Made by a program: the position numbers and the translations under genes. Positions 29,201 through 39,268 of a DNA stretch of 64,000 nt are shown here, one piece after another. The stretch's first letter is position 1; every line of letters begins with the position of its first letter. A model generated the notes under the pieces. That model made no database searches. It was not told where the DNA came from and saw only the letters and a list, made by a program, of their open reading frames with translations. Source of the DNA: Ascidiella aspersa. Taxonomy: Eukaryota. The stretch covers positions 30,194,001 through 30,258,000 of the forward strand of contig OZ004610.1 of the NCBI GenBank assembly GCA_963924565.1, in the 5' to 3' direction.

Positions 29201-29229
29201 AGAATGCAACACATACCTATTGTACTCAT
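1136..29229 (-). CDS. SORBS2: Sorbin and SH3 domain-containing adaptor (CAP/ponsin-ArgBP2-vinexin family), multi-exon, 3' end (third SH3) outside window
   Basis: Phase-consistent GT-AG chain: 29217-29229 (MSTI), 28025-28819, [27480-27539, 27227-27269 alternative], 26929-27089 (KGFRAV), ~25008-25163, 23097-23181, 21934-22002, 20388-20548 and 18507-18576 (SoHo: [39 protein letters not shown]), 17851-17896, 16893-17001 (GRITDYQP), 16346-16447, 9556-9588, 8744-8778, 5974-6071, 5177-5229, 2963-3142 (SH3-1), 2090-2235 and 1136-1359 (SH3-2). The symbol marks the family; it is probably co-orthologous to SORBS1/2/3. Confidence 0.9.
1347..1690. repeat. 173-bp tandem duplication including a SORBS splice acceptor
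   Basis: CTTGCCTTTGT(A/G)CCTG(G/T)GTAATAGGAAATAGGCG at 1347 and 1520. Confidence 0.88.
2297..2560. mobile_element. hAT (Charlie-like) MITE
   Basis: TIR CAGCGGTTCTTAACC / GGTTAAGAACCAGTG; internal similarity to the 24543 and 47767 copies. Confidence 0.7.
2963..3142 (-). CDS. SORBS exon encoding first SH3 domain
   Basis: [60 protein letters not shown]; cag acceptor, gt donor, phase 0-0. Confidence 0.93.
3178..3700. mobile_element. Family A hammerhead-bearing repeat cluster (two minus-strand copies in tandem plus one inverted copy)
   Basis: Shared GGGTACACTATG end, AAAAAGGTCGAGTAGAT block and degenerate cores at 3259-3298(-), 3482-3512(-), 3598-3642(+). Confidence 0.7.
6100..6417. mobile_element. 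hAT MITE
   Basis: TIR CAGTGCTTCCCAACC / GGTTGGGAAGTACTG; reverse-complement relative of the 42348 element. Confidence 0.75.
10209..10590. mobile_element. hAT MITE
   Basis: TIR CAGTGGTTCCCA / TGGGAACCACTG, perfect 8-bp TSD GTCTAGGC. Confidence 0.88.
12470..12650 (+). mobile_element. Shorter copy of the same LINE 3' end
   Basis: Near-identical to ~20835-21005 (TTATCTTCTGTGCGAACTT..TGGTCGTTAGCTGCCTGAGAGCTTTTCTATTATAATT). Confidence 0.75.
14182..14679. mobile_element. MITE with internal TAGAAT repeats (hAT-like)
   Basis: TIR CAGACTTGGACAACTA / TAGTTGCCCAAGTCTG; TSD GGTAGGGT/GGTGGGGT. Confidence 0.78.
15695..16190. repeat. Two adjacent tandem duplications (~90 bp x2; ~147 bp x2)
   Basis: AATGATAGAATG..GATATCAGA twice; GGGTAACATTACTTTTT..GAAACCATGCAGTGT twice. 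Confidence 0.8.
17052..17361. mobile_element. MITE, unclassified
   Basis: TIR CAGGGTTGCC / GGCAATCCTG; 5-bp flanking duplication TAGGA. Confidence 0.65.
18507..20548 (-). CDS. SORBS exons (20388-20548, 18507-18576) encoding SoHo domain
   Basis: [17 protein letters not shown]...[11 protein letters not shown] matches the sorbin-homology signature; canonical splice sites. Confidence 0.93.
19457..19769. mobile_element. Degenerate hAT MITE
   Basis: GGGGTTCTTAAACT...AGTTTAAGAAACTCAGTG ends. Confidence 0.5.
20060..20250. mobile_element. Family A foldback element
   Basis: Inverted arms GCTTGATAATG..AAAAAGGTCGAGTA / TACTCGACCTTTTT..CATTATCAAGC around the hammerhead. Confidence 0.75.
20149..20188 (+). 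ncRNA. Minimal type I hammerhead ribozyme motif (Penelope-type), family A, intact core
   Basis: TTAA-CTGAAGA-T-GATAC-aagttc-GTATC-GAAA-C-GTC-TTAA: full core, 5-bp stem II, palindromic ACGT stem III, TTAA/TTAA stem I. Confidence 0.8.
20569..21017 (+). mobile_element. 5'-truncated non-LTR retrotransposon 3' end (L1/Tx1-like zf-RVT CCHC region), frameshifted
   Basis: [28 protein letters not shown] motif, T-rich 3' UTR, AATAAA + A-tail, GA-repeat flanks; second shorter copy at ~12470-12650. Confidence 0.75.
21485..21689. mobile_element. Family B foldback element
   Basis: ~80-bp inverted arms (CAGACACTATTAAAAGATCTTA / TAAGATCTTTTAATAGTGTCTG). Confidence 0.8.
21587..21624 (+). ncRNA. Minimal hammerhead ribozyme motif, family B, intact core
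   Basis: ATATA-CTGACGA-T-GCC-tttgct-GGC-GAAA-T-ATA-TATAT; palindromic ATAT stem III, AUA cleavage triplet. Confidence 0.72.
23225..23488. mobile_element. hAT MITE
   Basis: CAGTTGTTCTTAACC / GGCTAAGAAACCCTA; TSD CTATAAAG/CTATAAAC; GCACCCC subterminal repeats. Confidence 0.7.
24543..24844. mobile_element. hAT MITE
   Basis: TIR plus perfect TSD CTCTACAT. Confidence 0.88.
25362..25472. repeat. ~37-bp minisatellite x3
   Basis: AAAATAACTCTTCATTCA.TTTCAACATAGATTATGT. Confidence 0.85.
26005..26900. repeat. ~130-bp degenerate tandem repeat, ~7 copies
   Basis: Recurring CGTATCCTTAC..GCTGTCTTT..ACCTTTTGAAG..GCATCAAT..TGTATTTTACAC. Confidence 0.88.
28025..28819 (-). CDS. Large acidic/Ser-rich phase 1-1 alternative exon of SORBS
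   Basis: Inside the 308-aa ORF; ctccag acceptor, G|gtaac donor; 795 nt, frame-compatible with the MSTI exon and the 26929-27089 exon. Confidence 0.7.
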
Positions 29230-29401
29230 AACTGGTGATCTTTCAACTACAACTTTTCAGCGGGATGTGCATTGTTCGTATTACAGACTGGTGACAGGCA
29301 AATTGACCATCATGTAAATAACAACAGGCAAATTGAAAAAAAAAACAGAAAATAATTAGGTTTTGGTGCAGCTCGAATGGAAACAGATATGAACAGGTTA
29401 T

Positions 29402-29604
29402 GGCGCTGGTCTAGAATCCTACCACAACAAACATTATTTGGGTTTGGCTGCAGGGGTTAGCGTTTGGGTTTGGGTAGGTTAAGCAATTTTAAATAATAAT
29501 ACTAGACCAACCCTCACCCAAACACTAAACCGACACGTCAACCCAAATAATGTGCGTTGATTTTATAATTGTTTCAACGCTTGGTAGGATTCTAAACCAA
29601 CACC
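29402..29604. mobile_element. Merlin-like MITE (GGCGCTGGTCTAGAATCCTACCAC family)
   Basis: Same TIR family as 40428-40630; further copies at ~30472-30661 and ~57830-58012. Confidence 0.7.
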
Positions 29605-30917
29605 AAACCGTTACTCCTGCTGTGAAAAAAGACATGCAGTTGTCTTCGACAGCCTTATAAGGCTTGGTACAGGTCGCCTTGCCTGGCTACATGTAACAGA
29701 AACCGTGAGTGGTCTATCGTGGCATTCCGCGCATATTCTCAGCGGCGATTCCTCGTGTTCTGAAACATGCCTGTGTACACAAGACTCCAGCTGCCTGGAT
29801 GGCGGTCTGAGGCTAAAGCGAAAACGCCAAGGCTTTACTAGCGCCTGGAAAGCATCACTGTTGTGCATGCGGTCTGAGATAACTTGTACTGAGTCAGATG
29901 CAACAACTAACGGCAGAGACAAGTGTCCCGCGTCGCCCAGACACGTTAAACTCTCGCAATCGCCGACAGGACACCCGCAAATTAGCTGACGTAAGCGCGG
30001 GCCGAGTCTGGCGCTTGCTATCTCAGCGTAAGACGGGAACGCCGGGATAAACTTGTAATTACACAGTCGCCGGCTGTGTCGCAAACCTGGCACCGCCGTT
30101 TTTTTCTTAATCGACCTTCGCCGACCGATCAGGCTTCGGCCTTGGCCTTATAAGGCGTGACGTGATAGCGGAACTTGGGAAAACGCGCCGCAAAAACAAC
30201 CGCACCGTAAGTCTCAGCTTTAGCGCTAGCGGGCGTTTCTAAACGCTGAAACGGTAATCACAACAAACCGCCTTTTCCGAAGTGACGTTTGAACACAACA
30301 GTCGGTCCACTAGTTGAACGACGGAAGCGCGTATCACAAGGGAATGTACTACGGAACTGACTCACAACCAAGTTTTTTTTCTTCTAAAAATACTGCACAA
30401 AATAAACTCTCCAAACGTGGCCTACAAACCGCAATAAAATCTACGCATATAACCAAATTAGGGGAGACACTAGCGCTAGTCTAGAATCGTACCACAACGT
30501 AAGTTTGGGTTTGGGTAGGTCAAGTATTATCATTAAAAAATAAATATAATACCACTTGACCCACCCTCACCCAAACACCAACCGACACCCTAACACAAAT
30601 ATTGTGCGTTGATTAAATAATTGTTTCAACGCTGTGAAGATTCCATAATCTAGACCAGCACGGAACATTAGATCTGAAACGAATAAATTTTCTACAAGTT
30701 GATCTGCAACTGAAATATCAGTACCTGGCAAAATCAAAATGCACAGTATTTAAAACTACAGATAGTCAACGACCTAAACCCGTCACCGACACAACGCTAA
30801 TGAACACAACTCTACAGGAAACTTTTACATGTAACAAACACGCTAAGTTAGAAAACGACTACGGTTTACGGTTAACGACCGGACAGCGCCGTTCTACAAA
30901 AGGTGCCAACTAGTTAC

Positions 30918-31110
30918 CGCAATCTTCAGATTCGCTGCCCCGCGGAGAAAAGGTCTCCAGGTACTCTTCTTCCATTTTAGAGACGGTTTCATTGAGAACG
31001 TCCACCAAGGTGTCAAGTTCGGATGCGCGCCGTTGCGTGAAGGTCATTTCGGGCGAGGAAACGACCTTGGAGCGGGGACGACACGCCACGAATTCGCGTC
31101 GCGATTCCAT
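30918..31110 (-). CDS. Alternative first coding exon of SORBS (MESRREF...SEDC)
   Basis: ATG-initiated 64 codons + G ending at a gtaact donor in phase 1, compatible with downstream phase-1 exons; GC-rich promoter-like context. Confidence 0.6.
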
Positions 31111-33177
31111 GCAGCAATTTCCCGGTGATTTCTCGCAGTAGAAAGCAAACCTGACCGCCCCACAACAACTGCTGTTTGTCGAAAACGCCGACCGCTAAAC
31201 CGCAAAAAGCTTTAGTGACAATAGGCTTAACAAACAGCGCCCCTTTCAAATCGAGTCCTATAGTAAAAGGCACAGCGCGTCTTTTGACATCGCGCGCGCG
31301 CTCTTTGCCTGTCATCGCGCTGTTTTTACTTGTTCGTACGCAAATAACCTGAACGGTCGCCGAGTACATAGAGTTACCTTTAGCGGGCGCGTCCAGTTTA
31401 AAATGTCAACAGGCGCTTTATTGAGCCCGGGCGAACCTGGCGAACCTTAAACGCAGCGAACACTCGACTTTGCTGTTACAAGGGCTCAGTCGCACAAAAA
31501 ACGCAGCCGTTCTCAAGACGCGCTGTTGTAAAACCAACTGCTTGTACGGTCTGCAGGCGGCTAATTTTTTTACGAGCGGCGAAGCTGTCAACTGGCGCTA
31601 TTGCGCTAGGAAGCTGAACTACAGCATACTTCTGCCCGCAAGCAGTAGCGAGTACCTGTCGACGCTGGCATACCTGGGGCAGAAAAACAGCAGGCGTAGC
31701 CGCTGCAAAGCCGTCGGAAGAAAGCGATATTGACATAGCGGCTGCGCATTGAACCAAGTCAGGGGCAGCGATTTGGCGAAACAGATTACGAGCTGCAACG
31801 GGCCTCTGCACGTTTAAAGCCTCGCGGGCTTAGAGCGACCGCGAACTGCAACCTTCTATTTAAAACATTTTAAAACCGGCCGTTAGCTTTACCGGTCGTA
31901 TATAGGCTTTTAGAATCACACTGGCAGCACGGAATGTTACCTTCATGTTAAAAAGTTTTTAAGGCGCGGTTATCTACAATTGTCGATTCAAGTTAGGCTG
32001 CCTGAAACGCCTGACTTCTAGACCGCTAAGCACATATCCAAAACTGCTTTCAGTTCTTTGTACCTTTACAATAACCACTCCACACGGCACAGCCGCGTCA
32101 TCGGCACATTTAATTCACACAGCAAACACTCGAACATTAGATTGAGGTGGTTCAATGTGTGACGGTCGACTGCCTAACACTCCTGGCAGTTCAGTTAATC
32201 ATCATACCTCAGCGCGAGGCCTTTCGCTGAAAGTCTCCTAGGCCCTTGCCTGTCGCTAAGCCGCCTGCACAAAAGGTCGCCTTTATCCTGCTCAAAACGG
32301 AAGCAGTGTCACTTATCGAAGGGTGCCTTTTTCACGCCGCTGCTGCAGCTTGGTTTATTCAACGAACGAAGCCCTGATGCGACAGGCGACGGTTGTTGTG
32401 GCTTGTTTGAAAGCATTAAAACGAGCTCTTGTTACACGCAGGTAAAACAACAATTTCGCTGATGGTGGGGATACATGTTTTGGACATAGCGCTCCGCTGT
32501 ATACGTTCTGCGGAAAAGCCTACATTTGGTCAACTTTACACGTAAATTAGACGAAATAAACTCCAAATTTTCCAAAAAATTGAGAATTAGGGTCTTGGTA
32601 TCTATAGCTTGATACTTTAACTGTAGCTTAAGTTAAGTTTACCATAGTTTCGTTTATAGATAAATGGCAGTCACTTGGCATAAGTTACAGCATCGTTGCC
32701 ATTTGAAAAGCAAGTCTAACGAAATAACGCAAAAAATCAAATTGCTGTTCCTAAGCACTCACATTCCGCAAATCTACAACCGAAACGCTACCGAACATAA
32801 AACCGTTTTGACGGCTTTGCGATCCGCCTAAAACAATGCAGCGCTAGCAGTTTCAGTAAACAGGATTCGCCTTAAACCGTGATGGACTAGTGGTTTTGAC
32901 TGCAGCGCATTTAAACATTCCAGCACCCTTGAACTAGCAAGTTAAGAGGGGTCACCCTGACGGCGAATCCCAACGAAAATCGATTCGGCGACTTTTTATC
33001 TGCCCCAAGTGGGATCGAACGTCGCTGGCTTGTGGGTTGGCAAAAGTTTTAGATACCTTAAAAAATGTTTAAGTCGCTTTTCCAAATCGGTGTGTTACCG
33101 CCCATTTAAATCCATTGCGTTATTTCCCTCCGAAAATTAACAATTTTGAACTGACGTACATTTTCCAAAATACTGGA

Positions 33178-33496
33178 AATGAATTGCAAAGCCAAAAAGG
33201 TCGAGTTGATCGACATCACCTTAATTATGACGTTTCGATACGAAGTTGTATCATCTTCAGTTAATGTCATAATGTCATTATCTGAAGATAATATAGGTTT
33301 AAATATGCTGTTGCTACCAGGCATAGTATATTTAAAATAGGTTATTCTGGCATATATTTCTATAACCAACGTTATATAATATAAGTTTGTATAGAAACGT
33401 ATTAATCAAGATGATGTTGATCTACTCGGCCTTTTTGATTTTGCAATTAATTACCAAGCTACATTACATACCCGTACATACTACATAGTGTACCCA
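33178..33496. mobile_element. Family A foldback element
   Basis: Left arm carries the minus-strand hammerhead; right arm is a degenerate plus copy ending CATAGTGTACCC. Confidence 0.7.
33225..33264 (-). ncRNA. Minimal hammerhead ribozyme motif, family A, intact core
   Basis: Minus strand TTAA-CTGAAGA-T-GATAC-aacttc-GTATC-GAAA-C-GTC-ATAA; first stem I pair mismatched. Confidence 0.72.
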
Positions 33497-34314
33497 ACGA
33501 AAATGACTTTTCAACAAAAAGCGGTTTAAACTTTTTAAACACAAAAGGCGCGCTTCGAAGCTTTAGTTGGTAAAAAATTTCCTAATCTGAAGCCATGGCA
33601 GTTTACAATGCTATGAAGCCATAACCAACATCAACAATTCTATTTCTTTAAACCGAAGTGTTTGCGTCTGATCTAACAGTGTGAAATTTTTCACTACCAT
33701 CGACTAACCACCACCAGCCGAGTTTCTAACGCCGATGCGCCGTCTGGCGCGACTGGTAATCCTCGAAGGTAAATAAACTCTTTCCTTCCTAAAACAAAAC
33801 GAACGGCGGCGTTGAATTTACCGGGTAACGTTTTCCTACATAATCAAGGCCGAGTATGTCTGCCGCTTACTTTAAAATTTCAAGCTGTGACAATTTGTAA
33901 GCTGATCGAGAATTTTCTTTACGCTAATCTGTCAAAATTGAAGCTTGCCGTTTGGCAACCGTATACATCAAACGACGGCGCAATGGTTGTAAAATGTTAA
34001 GTAGGGCATTTTCTGCGATTAGCAGAAATTAAACGTATTAATACTCGACTCATAAGCGTATCTATAAATGACCAAATATAGCAGAAGCTTCCCAAACGAA
34101 TATAATAATATAAACTACTAAACAAAGGAAAGCTGCCATTGCCAATAGATCGCAAAATATAGCTGGAAAACTCAGCACCATACAGTGGTACGAAACACTT
34201 GCTTCTTCTTTGAAACGGGACCTGGCCGATATTTTGTAACTACTATTTTTTCAGACAAAAGGCCGGCGGGTTAGTGTGCTTTATATAGCTTGCAAGGCTA
34301 AATATTTTAACGAT

Positions 34315-34360
34315 CGGTGAGGTTCAAACCTACGACCTCGGCCATACCGGCCAAACCTAC
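34315..34360 (-). mobile_element. Possible tRNA-derived SINE head fragment
   Basis: Minus GAGGTCGTAGGTTTGAACCTCACC B-box-like; similar fragment at ~1838-1857. Confidence 0.35.
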
Positions 34361-34720
34361 CCACAAAGGATCAATGGTAACGCAATTTTACAATCCCTGT
34401 GAGACGAAATCCTACCAGCAAAACTAACTACAACTGAACGACAAAGCAGTGACGGCAAACTAGTTGTAGCGCGGCACTGGTCAAATTGCGTAAATAGCCC
34501 TCTAAGGCAGCACACGACACCACCGACAACAGTGGCAATTCCTCGAAGCTAAATCGGCCTTTTCTCTCTGCGGAGACCTAGAATAGAAAGGTTGGGCGCG
34601 ACGCGACGCGAGGCAAAAGATGAGGGGCAAGATAATGAAGCAGCTGCGGTGACTCGGCGACCTATTGCTCCCATACACGCGAAAGCGACCTACAAACGGC
34701 TAGCCTACTATACTCTAGTG

Positions 34721-35106
34721 CAGTGGTCTCCAACCTTTTTATTAACCGACCCCAATCAAAATGACAACAAATCAGAATTTAGATGCGAACCCTTTGTTTT
34801 TTTCCGATAAAGATTTGTTTTCCGATAAGCACTCCTTGAAATAAATAACACAAATTTATGCTTAAATTGTGCAGAATTCCAGAGAACAGGGTGGTTGGTT
34901 GGCTACACCAAAATGACAAGTTTAAATTAACACATGGATTTAAAGTTAACCCATGAAACGACTTTTTTATTTTTTTTTTACCATTTTTAATATACCTATT
35001 GCGCTAGATTAAACCACGAGCGCAACGAAACCGCCAAAACCGCAGGAATTGGTGAGCGATGGCGACCCAGAAAATATTTAGACAACCCATAGGCTGGAGA
35101 CCACTG
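34721..35106. mobile_element. hAT MITE
   Basis: CAGTGGTCTCCAACC / GGCTGGAGACCACTG; TSD CTCTAGTG/CTTTAGTG. Confidence 0.8.
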
Positions 35107-35135
35107 CTTTAGTGCGCCGGTGTGTTGCATTAATA

Positions 35136-35565
35136 CAGTGGTCGGCAAACTGTGGGCCACAGATTTATTTTTAGTGGGCCGCGAGTTACTTTTGAATAGC
35201 TTATAGTGTTATCATGTAGTTGCGGGCCGCGTAATAGCCGAACATTCATTCCACTTTATTTTAAAAGTTGGTGTGGAATAGAATTTTTTAATTGGCTCAG
35301 CTTGTCAAGGCCCACGTGCCAAAATGTGGTCCTGGGTGCCTGTAGAACACTATTTTTTGCCAACTTTAACTGTATGTAATTCGCGCGTATATTCTTCTTT
35401 TATACTATGTCTACCTTATGCTATGGCAATGTTTTGGACACCAAGGCGCCGTGTTACATTTCATCTTAAAATCAAATATCCTGAATCCCCACTTTTTCGT
35501 AGTGGGCCTTCCTAGCTCTGAAAAGAATACTTTGGGCCGCGACAAAAAAAGTTTGCCGACCAGTG
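35136..35565. mobile_element. hAT MITE
   Basis: CAGTGGTCGGCAAACT / AGTTTGCCGACCAGTG; GGGCCGCG subterminal motifs; TSD CATTAATA/CATTAAAC. Confidence 0.8.
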
Positions 35566-36247
35566 CATTAAACAAGGCCTGTCCACCCGAATGCGAGCCG
35601 CGACGATCTTTTTGATGTTTGTGCTTTTTTCTGGCGTCCATTCATTTCCCTACCGGTGAATTTTTCTACAGGTCGCTTGTCAGTAATCAGTGGGGAGCCG
35701 TTTTCCATTCAGATGGAAAACAAATCACTTTAATACATTAAATAGGTGGCACAGGCCGCCCAAAACTTGCCTAAGCTATTTCCTGAAGAAAAGCAGAAAG
35801 TTTTGAAGAGCTCTCTAGCAAAAATTAAAATATTTTATGATCCTAAAAACAAGACGGCAACGTATAAATAAACGCAATTAAAGACCAACAATAAATAAAA
35901 GCTAATTAGGAACAAAGGCACAATTAAAAGCACACCTTCTACTACTGTTAATTGAAATAGGTTACATATTCTAAAAAAATAGTACTCAATGCATCAATTG
36001 AAAAGGCAACATGGCAAAAGCATTGCTAAGAAACATTTCTTACAGTTTCGGAAAGATAAAAATCAAACTCTATGTCACAAACAATCAAACAGTGATACAG
36101 TATGGCCACAGCAATGGCGATTGTCATTAAACAGAGCAATAAAACTCTAGGTAAACTGACTAGATCTACAGTTAAATACCATGATTAAAAGCGATAGGAA
36201 AACATTAATTAAGACATTCTTGCAAAAGGAAAACGTTAAAGCAAATG

Positions 36248-39200
36248 TCAAAGATTGTCACTGCCCGGAAACTCCTCTTGCAAAATTTCAGCGGCAGGTA
36301 ATGGTGGCACAGGAGGAGAAATAGGAGCAACGTGGGTTATCTTTCGACAGTGAGGTTCAGAATTGTCCGGGGCAGCAACAGTAAAAGGTTTGGCAGCCAT
36401 GAGATCAATTCTGGGCTTCTTGTGAATCAGTGGCTTGACAATTTTCTTTTTTTCTCCAAAGGGTGCCAAAGGGGACTTAATGTTTTGTTCTGGCTCTTGT
36501 TTTGGTAGCTCAGTATTTGGATTTTCATGAGTTGGAGACTTTTGTGACTTGTGTCTGGAACGGAGCGACTCCAGCTCTGTTTGTATGCCTGCGCTTCTGG
36601 TTGAACGCTGTTCCTCGACAGTCTGTCTCAAAGCGAAAAGTTTAGACTGTACAAGACCAGAGCGTGTTTGCTTGGCAGATTGAGAGGCGGTAGAGGTGGT
36701 TGTAGTCACTTTGACTTTCTCGAACAGAGATCGCTTTTGATCAAAGGCAGTTTTGCTTTTGACAGCATAAATATGAACGCTGTCCATTTGATCTTCTGTA
36801 TTTATTACGATTTCATTGGATGAGGTTTCGGTTATTTCCAAGGTACCTTTTTGCTCTGTAGATACCGATACCTCCATTTTGTCTTTTATTCCTGTCTGAT
36901 GTATTTCAATATCACTGATATTGCTTTTTCTAATTTCACAACTGTTCTGAGAGTTCTCCTTTGCTTTGTCAGGAACAGTGAGAATTTCTGCTTTGTCAGT
37001 CGTAACCTTATTAATTTGCACAGCAGGTAAAACAGAAACTTTTTTAATTGTCGGTGTAGGTAAAACTTTTTCCAAGTGACCTGGTGAGGGTAAAACATTT
37101 GTTTTGGTCAAAGGAGATTCTTCCTTAAGTTGAAAGGTCACAGATTTTTTTTCAACTAGTTTTAAGGGGACTTCCTCTTTCTCTTTAATAACAGAGGTTT
37201 GATTACTTTGTTCAATGCTAATTGACATGTTATCATCCGATGTTCGAAATATTTCCTCTTTGCCCATGATATTTGAAGGGGGAGGTGGTAAATTTTCATC
37301 TACCACAGGTTGAGACACTCTATTACTACTAATATGTTTGTCCTGATATTTGGCGTCATCTGTTGTTGGTGTAAATGCCATCGGTTGTTCGATAGCAGCC
37401 ACTGATTGTTCAGTGGTTGGAAGATGATTCAAAATTTCAACACCAGTTTCTACTGTAAGAAATTCTAAACTGTTTGTCTCTGATTTTTCTTCAGCTTCTA
37501 GTTTTACAGGAGGCTTTTCTACAATTTTTTGAATATTAATTTCTTCTTTAATTTCACGATGAGAAATATTTTCATCCTCTATTTCTGGAGTAGTAATTGG
37601 ATCTTCCTTAGTTTCAGTAGACAAGTCATTTATTTCTTCAGTTTCTTTGTCGCTTAGTTTGTCTTTAGTTTGTGGAGGAAAAATTAGTTCATCTGTAATA
37701 ACTGGTGGAGGAAGAATATCTTTTTCAGATTCAAAAGACGTATTTTTTCTTTTAATTTCATCAGGGATACATTTTTCTTCAGTTTCTGGAAGTGAAGTAA
37801 ATGTTTCTTCAGTTTCTATTGAAGAGATAGGAGTTTTATCAGTTTCTTGTGGGGTGATTATTTTTTGTTCAATTTCTACAGTAGTACCATCCTTTATTTT
37901 CACTGTAGGTAATAAATCTTCTGTTCCCAAAGTGGATGTGATTTCTACAGACTCTGATGACTGCCCGGAGTCATCCTCAAAATCTGGCAAAGGCAACTGT
38001 TGTTCTTGGGTGGTCACCATATGAGAGGTTTCTTCATGTCTGTTTGAGATGACCAGCGATTCTTCAAACTTATAATCACCCTCTTGTAAATCAAGTGAAT
38101 TAGCGTCTTCTGGTTGGCCATTTTCCAACAGGAGCTCTTTAGGTGGAGGAGGTAAGCTTGAGAACGAACTTGCGGCATTTAAGGTAGAAACTTCTAGCAA
38201 AACAGTCCCGGCCTTAGACGCCTTAAGCCTTTCTGATTGGTCTAGTTGTTGTAGATTAAATGGAGTTGGTTGATCAAGTTCTTTTACATGTTGAATTTCA
38301 TCAACTAACTGTGTTGTGGTTTGACGTACCTCATAAGGCAAATAGTCCTCTGCAAATGTATTTACAAAGGTAAAGCCTTCATCATTCATGCTATTTTGCC
38401 TATCATCCAAGTTTAGTGGTGAACTACAATCTGAAGTTGAAACCAATGCATAACTTCTATTGGTTACGAAAACAGAAGACTCACTTGTTGCTTCTTGCTC
38501 TACATAGACTTTAAACCCAGTAATATTTATCTGTTCATGTTCACCTCCGATCGGTGCTTTTAAACTCGTTTGGTTTTGAATTGTGTCCGCAGCATTCTGA
38601 CTACCTTCATCAACTGTTTCATCAAATTTTAATTTTTTCGCAACAGAATTATTGGAAGTCTTGTTTGAAACTTCATGCTGGTCTTGTTTAGCAACTGAGA
38701 ATTCATCGTGTGGCTGTACTCCAAGAAAAGAAAATCGGCCAACACTGTTTCTAATCGAACCGCCAGCTGAATCTAAGACATCATCAACCAGAGTTGAAAA
38801 CGGGTCAAAAATTTCCTCATCTTCAGATAGGCTGGGAAAAAGACTCGCTTGATATGGCAAAGGATTTTCCATCTCTTGATTTCCTTCACTTACCGATGTT
38901 TCCACATTTAAAGTCGGTGTGGTGACAGGGTAATTATTGAGCTGCCTTTCGGATGCAGTTTGTAACTGATAAGCCAAAGCAAGCAAATCTGCATGTAGGT
39001 CGTAGTTTGTTTGGCCAAAGTCCACTGCACTGAAGGAGTCTCTCTTGTCAACGGCTGTATCAGCAAAATGTCCACATTCAGCTTTAAAGCTCATTGAGTA
39101 CGGCCTCCACTTTTTTGATAGATTTTGAATTGCACAGTGTATTTGGGATGGATCATTGTCAGGCAACGAATCAACATGTTGCTGTAGGAATAGCTGCTCT

Positions 39201-39268
39201 GACCAAACAAATAAGTCCTCGTGAACTGATTTCAAATCTTTTCTTACTGTTTTGATTTGCTGGGCCAT
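36248..39268 (-). CDS. 1006-codon intronless ORF, acidic/Pro-rich disordered protein; probable giant alternative 5' exon of SORBS
   Basis: Far longer than chance; acceptor tttgtacag at ~39297 just upstream of the ATG; LPPPP motifs like those in SORBS exons; same strand. Only a weak donor (A|gtgaca near 36262), so the link to SORBS is inferred. Confidence 0.7.
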   Translation of the reverse strand: MAQQIKTVRKDLKSVHEDLFVWSEQLFLQQHVDSLPDNDPSQIHCAIQNLSKKWRPYSMSFKAECGHFADTAVDKRDSFSAVDFGQTNYDLHADLLALAYQLQTASERQLNNYPVTTPTLNVETSVSEGNQEMENPLPYQASLFPSLSEDEEIFDPFSTLVDDVLDSAGGSIRNSVGRFSFLGVQPHDEFSVAKQDQHEVSNKTSNNSVAKKLKFDETVDEGSQNAADTIQNQTSLKAPIGGEHEQINITGFKVYVEQEATSESSVFVTNRSYALVSTSDCSSPLNLDDRQNSMNDEGFTFVNTFAEDYLPYEVRQTTTQLVDEIQHVKELDQPTPFNLQQLDQSERLKASKAGTVLLEVSTLNAASSFSSLPPPPKELLLENGQPEDANSLDLQEGDYKFEESLVISNRHEETSHMVTTQEQQLPLPDFEDDSGQSSESVEITSTLGTEDLLPTVKIKDGTTVEIEQKIITPQETDKTPISSIETEETFTSLPETEEKCIPDEIKRKNTSFESEKDILPPPVITDELIFPPQTKDKLSDKETEEINDLSTETKEDPITTPEIEDENISHREIKEEINIQKIVEKPPVKLEAEEKSETNSLEFLTVETGVEILNHLPTTEQSVAAIEQPMAFTPTTDDAKYQDKHISSNRVSQPVVDENLPPPPSNIMGKEEIFRTSDDNMSISIEQSNQTSVIKEKEEVPLKLVEKKSVTFQLKEESPLTKTNVLPSPGHLEKVLPTPTIKKVSVLPAVQINKVTTDKAEILTVPDKAKENSQNSCEIRKSNISDIEIHQTGIKDKMEVSVSTEQKGTLEITETSSNEIVINTEDQMDSVHIYAVKSKTAFDQKRSLFEKVKVTTTTSTASQSAKQTRSGLVQSKLFALRQTVEEQRSTRSAGIQTELESLRSRHKSQKSPTHENPNTELPKQEPEQNIKSPLAPFGEKKKIVKPLIHKKPRIDLMAAKPFTVAAPDNSEPHCRKITHVAPISPPVPPLPAAEILQEEFPGSDNL

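Noticed and set aside
29611-30093. 160-aa GTG-initiated ORF
   Set aside because: No recognisable motif, and its possible donor is phase 2, incompatible with downstream exons; probably GC-rich regulatory DNA.
37647-38852. Plus-strand ORFs of 125 and 66 aa
   Set aside because: Antisense shadows of the 1006-aa ORF.
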